A DNA stretch of 64,000 nt from Octopus sinensis (lineage: Eukaryota). Under the pieces are notes generated by a model that did no database searches, had not been told where the DNA came from, and saw nothing but the letters and a program-made list of their open reading frames with translations. Positions 51,566 to 64,000 of this stretch are shown here, one piece after another. A program made the position numbers and the translations under genes. Location: the NCBI RefSeq assembly GCF_006345805.1, contig NC_043010.1:56792001-56856000 (forward strand), read 5' to 3'. Each line of letters begins with the position of its first letter. The stretch's first letter is position 1.

Positions 51566-51984
51566 TTTACTATGACAATACTTTAATTCGATTCTGCCTG
51601 TGATTGTAGAAATGATGTTTGTCTCTATTTTACTTTCAGTGAATTCTTTCCACCATGGCTATGTGCTTGTCAGAAATTTTACAAAGTTTTTATCCAGTAT
51701 TTTTCCTGTTGATATCCAAGATGAAGCCATAGAGGGTCCATAGAAACCCTGATACTTTAATTTAATGTGCATTGAACACAATTGGACATGTGAGAGAAAT
51801 TCTATTTTCTATTATTCTCTGTTCATCTTCATATTCTAGTTTTTATTATTGTTCCTGTATGAACTTGTGGAAAACATTCCCAGTTACTTTCACTCTTTCT
51901 CAATGATGTTCAGTTTGAAATAGTTTTTTTTGTTTTTGTTTGCTTTGAATATTATTTGGATTAAAACTTTAATTTCCTTTACAT

Positions 51985-52495
51985 AGCCATGCTACATGGC
52001 AGGGAAACATGTGCTGTGACTGCAGAGGACATGTGGAGGCTTGAATGAAATGAAGCTAACATGTGCAATGTCAGTGTGCACATATGACAGAGTGTAAGTG
52101 TTTTAAGAGAAAAATTGGGTATAAGAGGCATTGGAGGGGACCTGCAGAAGATGTAGACCCAGGAAGATGTAGAAGAGTCCCATGGAGGTGATCACAAGTG
52201 ACCAAGACTTCTGGTGATTTGCTGTGCTTGAGAAGACATGTCAAGCTAAATGAAATTGTGGTCATGGTCAGTAGAGGTGACACATAAAAGGCACCCATGC
52301 TGGTGACACGTATACTGTACCCAGTACTGTCTGTAGAGTGGTTGGCATTAGGAGGGGCATCAAGCCATAAAAAGCAAGCCAAAACAGACTGAAGCCCGGT
52401 GCAGCTCTCCAGCTGACCAACTCCAGTAAAATCCTATAACCCATGCCAGTATGGAAAATGGACATTAAATATTTATGATGATGATGATGATGATA
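51985..52495 (+). mobile_element. Deleted RTE 3' end
   Basis: AMLHGRETCAVTAEDM remnant, 3' UTR and (GAT)n tail. Confidence 0.8.
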
Positions 52496-52663
52496 TCTCA
52501 TCTGTCTTTCTAAATTCAAATTGAACATGAACCATGTTTCTGTTGATGTATGGTGGATTTCTATGCCTCATTGATTTGCTATTTTACTTCAGTTTTATTT
52601 TGTTATTTTATGGACCGTTATTTGTCAGACTACTTCATCTTTGACTTCACAACTTGCTCAGAC

Positions 52664-52716
<53 letters not shown>

Positions 52717-52870
52717 TTATTTATTTATTTGTTGTTCTGAAGAAGATGAAGAAAAAGAAAAGAGAGAGAGAGAGAGAGAAAAGCAATATGTCTATATATA
52801 AGTGGGCAAGTCACATCATTTTTTTCTGTTTGTTTCAAACACTTTCTTTTAAAGTCTAGGAATATGGATA

Positions 52871-52925
<55 letters not shown>

Positions 52926-54348
52926 ATATATATATATATATATGTGTATATATATATATATATATAATATATATATATATATAAAGAGAGAGAGAGAGAG
53001 AGAGAGAGAGCATTGAATTAAAGGGAGGGATGGAAGAAAGAGTGAAGGAGAAAGAAATAACATAACTTAAAATTTGTGAAATGAAACTGTCTCTTCTGCC
53101 AATCACATCAGCAGTTTTCTATAATCAATAAATTATTTTGAATGCTTGTTTCAATTAATTCACACATATGATCAATACAGCCATAGTCTCTGTGGTACCA
53201 TCACATTGTTTGTAAACAAGAGGAATGTTCTGAAACTTTCATATAACACAGCTGAAGGCTTCAAAGCTATAGCACTATAGTGGCCCTTCTGGTGAGAGAT
53301 GATCTATGCAACACCACAACAATTCTGCAAAAGTTTAATTATATTTAGCTGTGATCATCACCAATTAACCCTTCATGCTATAAGTCTATCTGTCACTCAG
53401 TTTAACTCCACTTTGGTATATTTAGTGGAGTCCAAGTATTCAAGTCAAGTCCCTGGTTTGAAAATAACTTTTTCCTTTCTCCTACCAGTGTTGGGGGTCG
53501 TTGTAAAAGTTTGTGATAGAGGTGGGAATGTCCTTCCTTTCACTAAGCCATTAAAAAAATGGAAAGAATAGTTTATATATTCTTTTAAGTGAAAAATTTC
53601 AACTCTGAATTGCTGAAAAACCTTTACAAAGTCTAAATGTATTCTACTCTAGAATACAGCTCATTCATCTTGTACATCTCTCCTTTTCTATCTCTCTTTT
53701 AGCTGTTAAAAGTCTACATTTGATAGCTGTTTCCTGCCATTAACATTCTACCAGTTAGTGTTTTCCTGCCTATTTCATATTTCTACCACACCCTCTACAT
53801 CTCTGACTATTATACCCTTATGTTAGTTCAATTAAACACCTTACCTCTATTTATTACAATTCTCAGATGTAATGTTAAATGCATTACCTAATCCTTTTTC
53901 CACACAATTACATCCATTCTTTCTCTGAGCCTGCCTCTTCTGCAGCACCAGAATTGCAACTGCTCTTTTCCATTAGACACTGATTAAGTACAATATTGTT
54001 TCCATTGATCACAGCAAATTTTTAAAGTTACATCTGGGATAGAACCTGTCAAGGACTCTTTCTATTGCATATTTTGAATTAAAAATATCCTGTTAGACTG
54101 TTCTATTTCTGTGTGTATTGCCGGACCTCTCTCACTGTGTTACTGTATATGTGTGGCCACCACTTACCGCCTAATCTTGGAAACATTTGGAGTGTGTGTG
54201 TGTGGAAGGGAGGTGGGGTCATTTCACATCCACAAAACATTTTACCAAGTCTAACTTGCCTTATGGTTTTTATCTGTCTTTCACATCTTGGAACAGAAAT
54301 TCCCTGTTAGATTGCACCCCTGCAATATGTTCATTGGACACACACACA

Positions 54349-54383
<35 letters not shown>

Positions 54384-54569
54384 CCTTAGTTCAGTTATAT
54401 TTACTGTAGTTTTACACTCTACAAACATTGTTAATGACCCACTTAATATTATTTTCACTGTGAGGGGTTTTCTCAAACCTGTTAGAATTAGTGAACAAAT
54501 CTATTATCCTTATAAACGGAAGGACCTCCTACCATCACTTCATCATACTTTAACCCCTCATTCCCTAGC

Positions 54570-54805
54570 ATAAAGCACCTCCCCTCTCTGTTCATAGTCT
54601 TGCAAACTGCCTGGTGATCTCAGTATTGCTGATGGCATGTAAAAAAGCATCCAGTTCATACTGTGAAGTGGTTGGCATTAGGAAGGGAATCCATTCATAG
54701 AATCCATGCTAAAGCAGACACTGGAGCATGATGCAGTCTTTGAACTGATCAGACCCAACCCATGCCAGCATGGAGCATGAACATTAAATGACGATGATGA
54801 TGAAG
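54570..54805 (+). mobile_element. RTE tail fragment
   Basis: gtggttggcattaggaaggg...aacccatgccagcatgg...ttaaatgacgatgatgat. Confidence 0.75.
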
Positions 54806-55489
54806 AAGAATTTGGTTGATATTCTTCTGAATTAACAAAGTGTGTATAACCTTAGTCAAACTCCACCTAATGCTTCTGATGATCTTCACCTTGGCATCTC
54901 GGCAGTGCCCCAAACTCCAGACTCTCTTCTAAAACACATTGCCCATTCATAATCTCTAGAATTGTCACAATCTGAAATTCCTTCCTTATTTTTCCCCTGC
55001 AGTCATTGTGTATAGATATTTGATTTAAACATGAAATAATCTCATGACCTCAGGAATGGTTTGATAATGGGAACTGACCTTCTTCCTCTAATTAGTAAAA
55101 CATGTGAAATTTTGTGTCAGTTTTTTGAGTGGCAAAGTGACAGGGTATGTTAGAAGTTGTTACAGTAGCGTGTTACTCTGTGATTTGATACATTAGTATA
55201 TCATGCCGTGTCACACTAATGTTATATTACACAGTTGTTGTTGCAGTTGCGTATTACATGTAAAAACTCGTTACATCACCATTTCATGCTAGGTTATTGC
55301 TTTAACTACAGTATGTTACAATATGTGATTGTTACTGTAGTATGTCACACTGTGACTGTTGTAATAGTAGTATGTTACACTGTGACTCTTACCACACACC
55401 AAGGTTGCTCTTTACAACTGTTGTTAAAGTGGTGTATTATACCATTATACCTTGCAACTTACTTCTAAATAGGTGGCAGAGTTTTCTTT

Positions 55490-55708
55490 TTTTCTTTTTC
55501 AAATAGAGGCACAAGGCCTGAAATTTTAGGGGAAGGAAGTATTGATTATATTGATGCCAGCACTCAACTGATTCTTATTTTTACAACCCCAAAGGATGAA
55601 AGGCAAAGTTAACCTTGGCGGCATTTGAGCTCAGACTGCAATGAAATGGAAGAGATGCTGCCAAGCATTTTGTCTGCTGTGCTAACAATACTGCCACCTG
55701 CTGCCGTT
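55490..55708 (-). mobile_element. Degraded Meta-type tRNA SINE
   Basis: ggcacaaggcctgaaatttt...aaggatgaaaggcaaagttaacc, matching 37369-37584. Confidence 0.75.
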
Positions 55709-56520
55709 TTGTCTTGTTAAGGAGTTAAGCCTTAGATTTAGCCAGGAAGTTACTCTCTGTGTCACATATATAAGTCTATTCAGTATCTAAATCACTTGTA
55801 TGAAAAAGAACACTGGAGTTTTTGATACTCAAAAAAATGAATGGTGTCATTACTATGAATAACAAAATGTGAAGAGAGTTTTTGTTCTTGGTGTTGTTGT
55901 AGCAGCAGATAAAATGTTTGCTTACCAGCAACTGATTTCTAATGTTGTTTGTCCTCTGTTCATTGCCTCTGTGTTGTCAACTGCTCTTGGCCATCTCATA
56001 TATTGGCCAACTCCTATATTGTCTGTCAATACTATCCCTACCACATTCTAACGCTCACTGTCAAGTAATCACAGTGTGTTAAATTTATACTGGTTGATAG
56101 GCTCAGAAGGAAGCACACTAAAAGATGAGATGATTGACATTGTGTGGCTAATTAAGTTCTTAATTGCATAAATATATTCCTCAATCAGTTTGATTTTTAT
56201 ATATCGTAATGTGTAATGTACAAATGGTAGAACCATTAGAGCAATACAGCCTTGTAATATTCAATTTCATCTTCTCCATTCTGAGTTCAAATCATACTGT
56301 GTCTTTATTGCTTCAGTTGACTATATTCCCTGCCTCCCCCCTCCCCTACACATTTGTTCCTTTATTTTATTGTAGATGTCAGGGTTTTATTAGCTTTCTT
56401 GTGTTTTACATGTGTCTAGCAGCCTTATTTAAATTCTTTTTTTTTCTTTTGTTTTTTACAGATATTATGAAACCTCATGTGGAATACAGCTGACTTGGAT
56501 TGCAGCATACATGGCTCATC

Positions 56521-57956
56521 ATGCCACCTCCAAAGAAACCCAAAACTGGTCCAACTACAGCTGAGCAGTTCCTCACTAAAGAGGAGCTGAAATGCTTTCA
56601 AGCTGAATCCTCTAATATACAACAGAAAATTACCTCAGGAAAACCAGAAACTGTTAGTAGTGATGAGCCGTGTGAACCATTCAGTGCTGACAGCAGTAGC
56701 GAGCTTGATCATTTAGCCAGTCGTAGTAGTAAAAGAGTCTGTGATGATGGCTTAGTGCAACAACAGTTAACTGGTAGCTCTTCTGATACAAGTGAATACA
56801 GTTCAGTGTCAAATGTCTTGGCACCAGATATTGATCCTTGTGGTCGGAATGACTTAACTGGGAGCAATGGCAATAATAGTAGTAATAGTAGTAGTAGTTG
56901 TAGCTCATCAGCTGTTGTTCCCAGTAACAGTCCAACAAATAATGAACATCAGCAGGTGAAATCTGAAGCTGTCCTCACTCAACAGACTCAATCAGCAACA
57001 GTAACACATCCAGAATATTCTATCCACGAGTCATCAGTTTCCAACTACCAGATATTACGACGTCTTTTTGCCCATGCAAAATCACCAAAATCTACCTCAG
57101 AGCCATCAGCTGTTGATCACCTTCCACCATCCGGTAGCAATACCACTATCACAAGCTATAAAGATGAACCTTCTGAACAAGCAGCGACATCAACAACGTC
57201 TGTAGATGTCACTGAAGTGGCAGTGAGCAAGGGAGGTAACTCTTCAAAAACTTTGACTTCTACAGACAGTGTCTCAACTAAAAGAGACTCAAATATTTCT
57301 AATAAGAATAGTGCAGGGATTTTACAAGCGACTCGTAAGAGTTATCTTTCATCATATATCAATCAGACACCAAAGCTATCTCGCTTGACCGAAGAGCCCT
57401 CAGCTGGTAGCCAGACTGTACAGCGCCACCTGGCTGCCAGCTTCTTGCAGGAACAACCATTTGACCTCACTCTAAAATGTAAGGACACCCAATTTAATGG
57501 TGCAATTGTTGATCCACTTAAACATTTTATTTCTAAATCATCTTCTCGTATTGATTCCAATTTTGAACATTTATCCTCCGCTTCAGAAAACTACCTCAGA
57601 CATTGTGAACAACAACAACAACAACAACAACAATCACAACAAGCAACACAACTGCAAACACAACCACAACAACAGAAACCTCCAGCTCCACCGCAATCTC
57701 TCCCTTCACCAGCACGACACCTCCCACAGCAACAAAAGAAAGTTAAGCTGGAGAGAGAAGCTTATGTAATATCTACAAATTCTGGAGAGAGTGGTGGTTC
57801 ACGAACTGATATGAGCGAAATGCTTGTGAAACGTGAGGAGAGTAGGCAGGAAGAAGATGGTAGTCATCATGTTATATCTATTTTGACAGGGAATACAACA
57901 GTGCCAAGCACTGAACCATTGATGCTTTTTAATGTTATCAAGCCTAAAACAACAGG
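56521..57956 (+). CDS. Coding part of the probable first coding exon (exon 56462-57956) of an unidentified nuclear transcriptional regulator/corepressor; intrinsically disordered N-terminus; the gene continues downstream
   Basis: Strong acceptor (T-rich tract, ttttttacAG at 56460-61); in-frame stop at 56491 before ATG 56521; ~479 open codons in a window otherwise lacking long ORFs; donor GG|GTAGGT at 57957. MPPPKKPK NLS-like start, PFDLT, VKSE/VKLE/VKRE and polyQ. Confidence 0.85.
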
Positions 57957-58024
57957 GTAGGTTTATGTTTCTTTTACATCTGTCTTTTTAATCACTTTAA
58001 AACAATATATGTTGATCACCATCT

Positions 58025-58065
<41 letters not shown>

Positions 58066-58255
58066 TGTGTGTGTGTGCTAAATTTGAGAAAAGTATCAAT
58101 AGATATATTTTCAAAATTATTTTCATTCTAATGGTTCTGTTTTTGGTAGATTTCATGTTTTTTGTTGAACATGTATTATTGATAACCATGAGATAATCTT
58201 GAGTCAAAGATGACATACTTAGTAAGGTTTAGCATGTTTAATACTGGACACAAGC

Positions 58256-58293
<38 letters not shown>

Positions 58294-58494
58294 TTCCCTA
58301 TTAATAAGAATGGTAACCCTGTGAAGTTAATACCTTCAGCAGTTTTGGTCAGTCCTACCAACTCCACTATTTTGGTACTTGTTCATCATGTGAAATACTA
58401 AGTCTAGCCACAAGGGGAGGTAACTCGGTGATTTTACTACCACAAGGTATTTCTGTTTAAATCTACTATCCTCATCCAAACATTGATACATACA

Positions 58495-58672
58495 CACACA
58501 CCCTCTCCCCCCCCCACACACACACGACAGAGTTCTGCATAGTTTCTATCTAACAAATTTTACTCTCAGGGTTATTGGCCAATCTGAGGGCTAAGGAAGA
58601 AGGCACTTCTAAAAATGCTGTATTTGAACCCAGACCCACATGGTAGTGAAGCAAACTTCTAAACCACACATC
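58495..58672 (-). mobile_element. Degraded CORE-type SINE head
   Basis: tttctatctaacaaatttactctcaggg...gaaggcacttc...ttgaacccagacccacatgg...accacacatcca. Confidence 0.6.
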
Positions 58673-58781
58673 CATTTTATATTTAAGACAAGATGATAGT
58701 TTGAAATGGTTAGTAAACTACAAAACATAGATTTCAAAATGTAAAGATAATACATTTTCTGCATATAGGGGTGGATTAAGT

Positions 58782-59745
58782 CAATGTTTCCCAACCTTTT
58801 TCCTTTTAGAGAACTCTTATGACCAGTGTTTGTGGTCTGATGTGCATTAGTGACTGCAAATGCGTTTCTTTGGCTGCATGTAGAAGGAATTGAACAACAC
58901 CCACAAACTTTTAACAGCAGATTTTATTATTGAACATGAAGACAAACTGCATTGTCCTTTTACAGATAGCAACAGCAATAATTACATATTGAGAGAGATA
59001 TACTGCTTGGAGTTTATGGCAAGCTGTTGATACGATAACATGTGACTTGGTCCAACTGGAAACAATAGTGCTATATTTATGGTGACAGAGGTTTCTGTCA
59101 TCTATCTGCAGCATCTGTCTTAGCTGCCTTCCTGGGTCATCGCACTAGTAAAAATGTGTGGCAAACGGTTTTATAGGAGACCAGAAGTCAAATCTTGAAT
59201 GTTTGAAAAAACCTGCCCATGTCATTGCTTCATGTTGATTGGTCAGTTAATCACATGAAGCTATGGTGGTTTGCTTAAAATGTCTGGCTATGTATACAGG
59301 GATTCAATTTCGAATCACTGCTACAGAACCCTTGAAATACTATTCCATGTCTCAGGGAATCTCTACATAAAAATTATTATTAATCTTTATTAATCTTTTT
59401 ATAAAGTTAAATTTCATGAAAAATTAACCAAATTCTAAAAGTGTTTTTGAAAAATTTGGGGCCAAGGACATTTAAAATATTTTTATCTTGATCAAGACCT
59501 GGTTTAGACCAAATTCTCCTCCAATTCCATATCAAGAGGTCTGTAGAATCTCTTCACTGTGTACAGGTGTTGGGATTTCCCTACTTGAAAGAATCATCTG
59601 TGTGTATTTAATAAAATTAGAAATATTGAAAATGACTCAAACATAAATTTATGTAAAATTCTCTTATTTATCATTTTTACTCATGAACTCCTACTGAACT
59701 CCCGAAAGCCTAATGTTCTGTTGAACCTCTTTTAAGAAACGTATC
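58782..59745. mobile_element. Possible degraded hAT (Charlie-like) DNA transposon
   Basis: Begins caatgtttcccaacctttt and ends ...ttaagaaac, resembling hAT-type termini; no transposase recognised. Confidence 0.3.
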
Positions 59746-60709
59746 TTCCACATTCACCACCCACATCTCACTAGCCATGCAATACCACACTTTTTTATAT
59801 TTGCACATAAGCATCATACAGCCTGACCTTCATGGATAATCCTTGCTGTCATCACAGATAATAACCTCTCTTTTCCCAACACTTCACTTTCTCCAGGCCA
59901 TCAAATACTAAATAGAATGGCTTACTCCTAGCAAAGTTCTTTTGCTGTTGCCTCATTAGCAAAATAGTATCAGTGGTATCTCATCTTGGCACAAAGCCAA
60001 ATTGTATTTCATTCAGGTTTTCTCTTTTCCTAAAGATGTGGTTTGTGTTATATTTCAGTCATTGATCAAGTAGATCATAATTCCCAAAACTATTCAATAC
60101 ATTTGCAGAGTTGATATTTGTTTTATTAATCAGCTGATGCCTTGCACTTATTTTGGTACATTTTTGTATTTCTTCAAAGGTTACACTCAATAAATGATGG
60201 AACAAGAATCTTATAAATAACAGACAACATCACATTCATATTGTATCAATTTGTATAAACTCACAGTTGTATCTATATATACCTGTACAAGTGTGTGTGC
60301 TTTTGTACATGTCCGTCCATACATCATCATCATCATCGTTTTACGGACGTTAAACGATGATGATGATGATGATGTATGGACGGACACACACACAAATGCA
60401 AATACTTACACACACATGTACTTGTATACAAACAAATGTGCAGTTTTTTGTGTAGTGTTATATTATGATCCTATTTGGACTTAAACTGAGACTGACTTTG
60501 GATATTTGTCATTTGTCTACTAACTGATTCAGTTAGCCCTTTGTGTCATTATATTATAGCAATGTGTGTGTGTGAGTACAAACTTACGCAGGGTTGCCAT
60601 GCGTAGCATCTGAAGGTAGACAACTGTGTTTGTTTCTCTTCTACTTTAGCCTCTGAGCACTTGGCATAAAGACACCTTCCCTTCTTCTCAAATACTCTTC
60701 CTACTTAGT

Positions 60710-60975
60710 CAAGTGAGGTATTTCCTTTTCTTTTCTTGTCTTGTAACTTCCGTGTGACACTGGCACTAGTGACATTACTGGTGCCAGTGTCACAAGAATT
60801 GCATCCAATAGACATTGTAAAGTGGATGATGTTAGGAAGGGTGTCTAGCTGCAGAAGTCCTGCCAAAGCTGACACTGGGGTTTGATGCAGTCCTGCTGCT
60901 TGCTGGATCTTCTTCAACCGTCCGTTTCCTGCCAGCATGGAACAAAACAAATGTTAAATGATGATGATGATGATA
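60710..60975 (+). mobile_element. Degraded RTE tail
   Basis: gttaggaaggg.gtctagctgcagaa...gccagcatggaac...gttaaa(tga)n. Confidence 0.7.
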
Positions 60976-61949
60976 TATATCTTTGCATATATCATCATCA
61001 TCGTTGTTGTTATGCTTTGTCTTCTTTCTATGAGTTGGACATTTTGTCATGGATCAAACCTGCTCTTCTTGGTCTGCTCTTTGACCGTGCCTTGTATGGA
61101 GGTTTCATTTTTGCACAGATGCCCTTTCTAACAAAAACTATTTACTGGGTAAATTGGGTGTATATTAGCATGGAACCAACACTAAAAAGGCTGTCAGATC
61201 CCTGATATAAAAAAAATCAAGGATTTTCATGACCCTGACACTAATAAGGTTCCCTTTTAGCCAGAAGGACAGAAGATTGTCTCTGCTCCAGGGTAACTCA
61301 GTGGGGGCAGCTGACCATTAGTGTGGGCAGAATAGGGGCAGATGAACTAGGGTGAGAGGAAGAAAGAATGGAGAAATTGAGTGGTTGAGGTGATGGTGTC
61401 AGAGAGGAGGGGGGAAATGGGATAGACAGTGCTAGAAGGAGTAATGAAAGAGAAACCATAATAGCAAAGTATAGGGACGGAGATTTGCTAGAGGGAGAAA
61501 GGTAAGAAAGTAGGATGGATGTCAATAAAAGAGAGGGTCCAAGGGAGAAGGAAAGGTGGCTAACTGTGTGGAAGGGATGGTGGTGGTGGTCAGCATGGGT
61601 GATGGAAAGCTGAAGAATGTTGATAAAGGAGTGATATGAGAGAGAGAGGGAGTAAAGGAGGATGTTCCTCTGATCCATCAATAGATCCTTTGTATTCCCT
61701 TAGGAGAGAAACACATGTGATTGCTACATGTTTGCTATGAAATAATTAGTTGTAGGGTTGTTAGGCATGGAATGGTGAAGAGATGAGGGCTATTGGACAG
61801 GCAAAAGACATAGCAGATGGAGACTTAACAGGAAAAAATTGAGTGAAAGACTCAGGTATAGATATGGGTTATAAATATCGAAGCCCTGCTCCAGGGCTCG
61901 CCTTATTTCAATGTATATTTAACCCTGCTTACTTGGGCGGATAGTCCAG

Positions 61950-63940
61950 CATTGGGTTCTACCAAATGTCCCATTCCTTTATCGTCTGCTTCATGAGATG
62001 CAGTCTCTTCAGATTAAGTATTTGCTACTTTATCCTAAATCTTTCTTTGGTCTTCCCTCTCCTCCAGGTTTTATTTGTATTGATTATACAACATTTCTTT
62101 ATACAGCTCGAATCCTCCATACACATCACATGTCATTACTATCACAATTTTGCACACTCTATTTCATTCTTCTTATATACAGCTTTTTTTTCTCCATCTT
62201 GTTAAAACTGTCATTCATACTCAACATTACTCATGCCTGCTTCATTTTTTTCTATTTTTGCAATTCATTTAAGGCCCATGATTTACTACATGCAACATCA
62301 CATTTTGTACATAAGTATTGTGCAGTCTACCTTTTCCACTGAGGGAGAAATCCTTCATTGCCAACAGAGGTAATAGCTCTTGGAACTACTTCCTATCTAC
62401 CCTTACTTCTTGAAAACCCATTCCCACAGCTAATTAGACCACAGTGTTAACAAACTATCAACTGTTTCTAGTGAACCACATAGACATCTTTGGGAATCTA
62501 GTTCATAACGCTTATGGCCCCTTTGTACTTGCCACATATGAAATCTATTTTCTCTGTTAGCTCGGCTCTGCTTCCACTCATATGTTGTGCATCATCCACT
62601 TTCCACATTGACCTTACACAATGGAATTTCTTCCTACCCTCCTTACACAAATCAAGCGAGACCATTTCTGTGATGGTAGTAAGGCCCTACTTACTAATAG
62701 TTTTGTCTTGATTAAGATGAGGTCATTCAATTCTAGCTATTGCTTCCATATCCGGGCTTTTTCTCCAATTCCTTATAAATTCTACAAATTGGTCGCCAGC
62801 GTAGAGGAGTTGCCATTGACACTGGTCTTAAACTCTTGTGTTATTGCTTGGAGGATGCTAATAAACTGGCAGCTAGATGAAAATTGAGTCTGGATGGACT
62901 TGTAAACTATATATTAAATTTGTTACTGAACTCATTTGTAACTTTCATCTTGCTTACTGCACCTCTGTACATGGCTTGTACAGCTCTTGCAAACTATTCA
63001 CCTACTTCTCGATTCTTTAGCAACCACCAAAACCATGGAGCACAGGGCTCTGTCAAAAGCCTTCTCCAGGTTGATGTATGCTAAGTATCATCTGTTACTT
63101 GCCTGTAGCTAAGTACTTCTGTAATTGTTTCTCTAGACAAGATGACATCAGGAGGGATACCTCTTACTGGCACAAAGCAACACTACATCTTATCCAAGCT
63201 AAACCGGTTCCTAATCAATTTTGCCATAACTTTCATGATTTGGGCCAACCATTTGGTGCCTTTGTTGTTTCTTTCCCTACTGCATCCATTCTGCTCTTAT
63301 AGTAGTTTGCAATGACGCCTGTACACCAGTCACTGAGTATTCCCTGAGGGAGCATTGCAGTGACTAACCAGTACACTACGTAAACAGATATTTTAGGCAT
63401 CTCAGTGACTATCCTCAGTAATCCAGCTGCTTTCCCCATCTTCATAATTGCTCTGTCTACCATATTACTGCCAACTTGGATATCGGGTCCCTTTCTTGGG
63501 TCTACTCAGAGTGAACTTTCTCTCTCTTTCCTATTATTTCTCCTCATTCAACAAACTTTCCATGTCACTTTTTGGTATCAGTAAAAACAAGCGTCTTCTT
63601 TTCATTTTATATCTTCTTCTCCCTAGCAACATCTCAGTTCTCTCTAGTACATGCTTCTGATGCTCACATTGCAGAACATGCAAACTTTTTCTTTTCTGCA
63701 TTTTCCCTTGCTAAGTGTACCTGAAGTTTAGCTTCTCTTCTAGCTCTTTAATATTTCTCTCTACTGCCCCTTTTCTTCCAGTTTTTCAAGACCTATCTCC
63801 TAGCTTTTATGGTTCTGTCTACAGTACTATTCCACCCTCACATAGCCATACTTTCAGCTGGAGCCATGTACCAGCCTTAAATTTCATCTGCATCTCTCAG
63901 TAGGTTATCATATAAAAAGTCCTAGTCTCTGTCTGTCTCT
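61950..63940 (-). mobile_element. Old degraded RTE LINE
   Basis: VDRAIMKMGKAAG...IVTEMPKIS, DLEKAFDRA, ILQAITQEFKT and DLILIKTKL remnants, collinear with 12515-15645. Confidence 0.75.
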
Positions 63941-64000
63941 CTCATGTAGACAATTGACTCAATTTTCTTACAGTTTGATACACTGCAACCTAATTGCAAC

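Overview
Eukaryotic (animal) DNA: AT-rich, dense in microsatellites and dominated by transposon relics. The repeat complement (RTE LINEs with (GAT)n tails, CORE-type and Meta-type tRNA SINEs, CR1-group LINEs, Penelope-like elements) suggests an octopus/coleoid cephalopod; that assignment is inference. The only convincing host coding sequence is a ~1.5 kb + strand exon (56462-57956). It looks like the first coding exon of a nuclear transcriptional regulator, carrying an NLS, a PFDLT CtBP motif, SUMO consensus sites and polyQ. Most of the window may be its long 5' intron, with a CpG-retaining candidate promoter at ~1.4-4.8 kb. The window also holds a TTAA-flanked decayed piggyBac, an RT-less Ty3/Gypsy relic, a Tc1/mariner fragment, a Penelope GIY-YIG fragment, an apparently identical 818-bp tandem duplication and a 100-N gap. 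The most interesting signals are several type I hammerhead ribozyme motifs, two of them inside long fold-back inverted repeats; at 7509-7789 the two decayed arms together reconstruct a complete ribozyme. Also notable are a PHD finger inside the RTE reverse transcriptase and clustered (TGACC)n modules near the candidate promoter. Most short ORFs in the supplied track are microsatellite or antisense noise. All calls were made by eye; no database searches were run.
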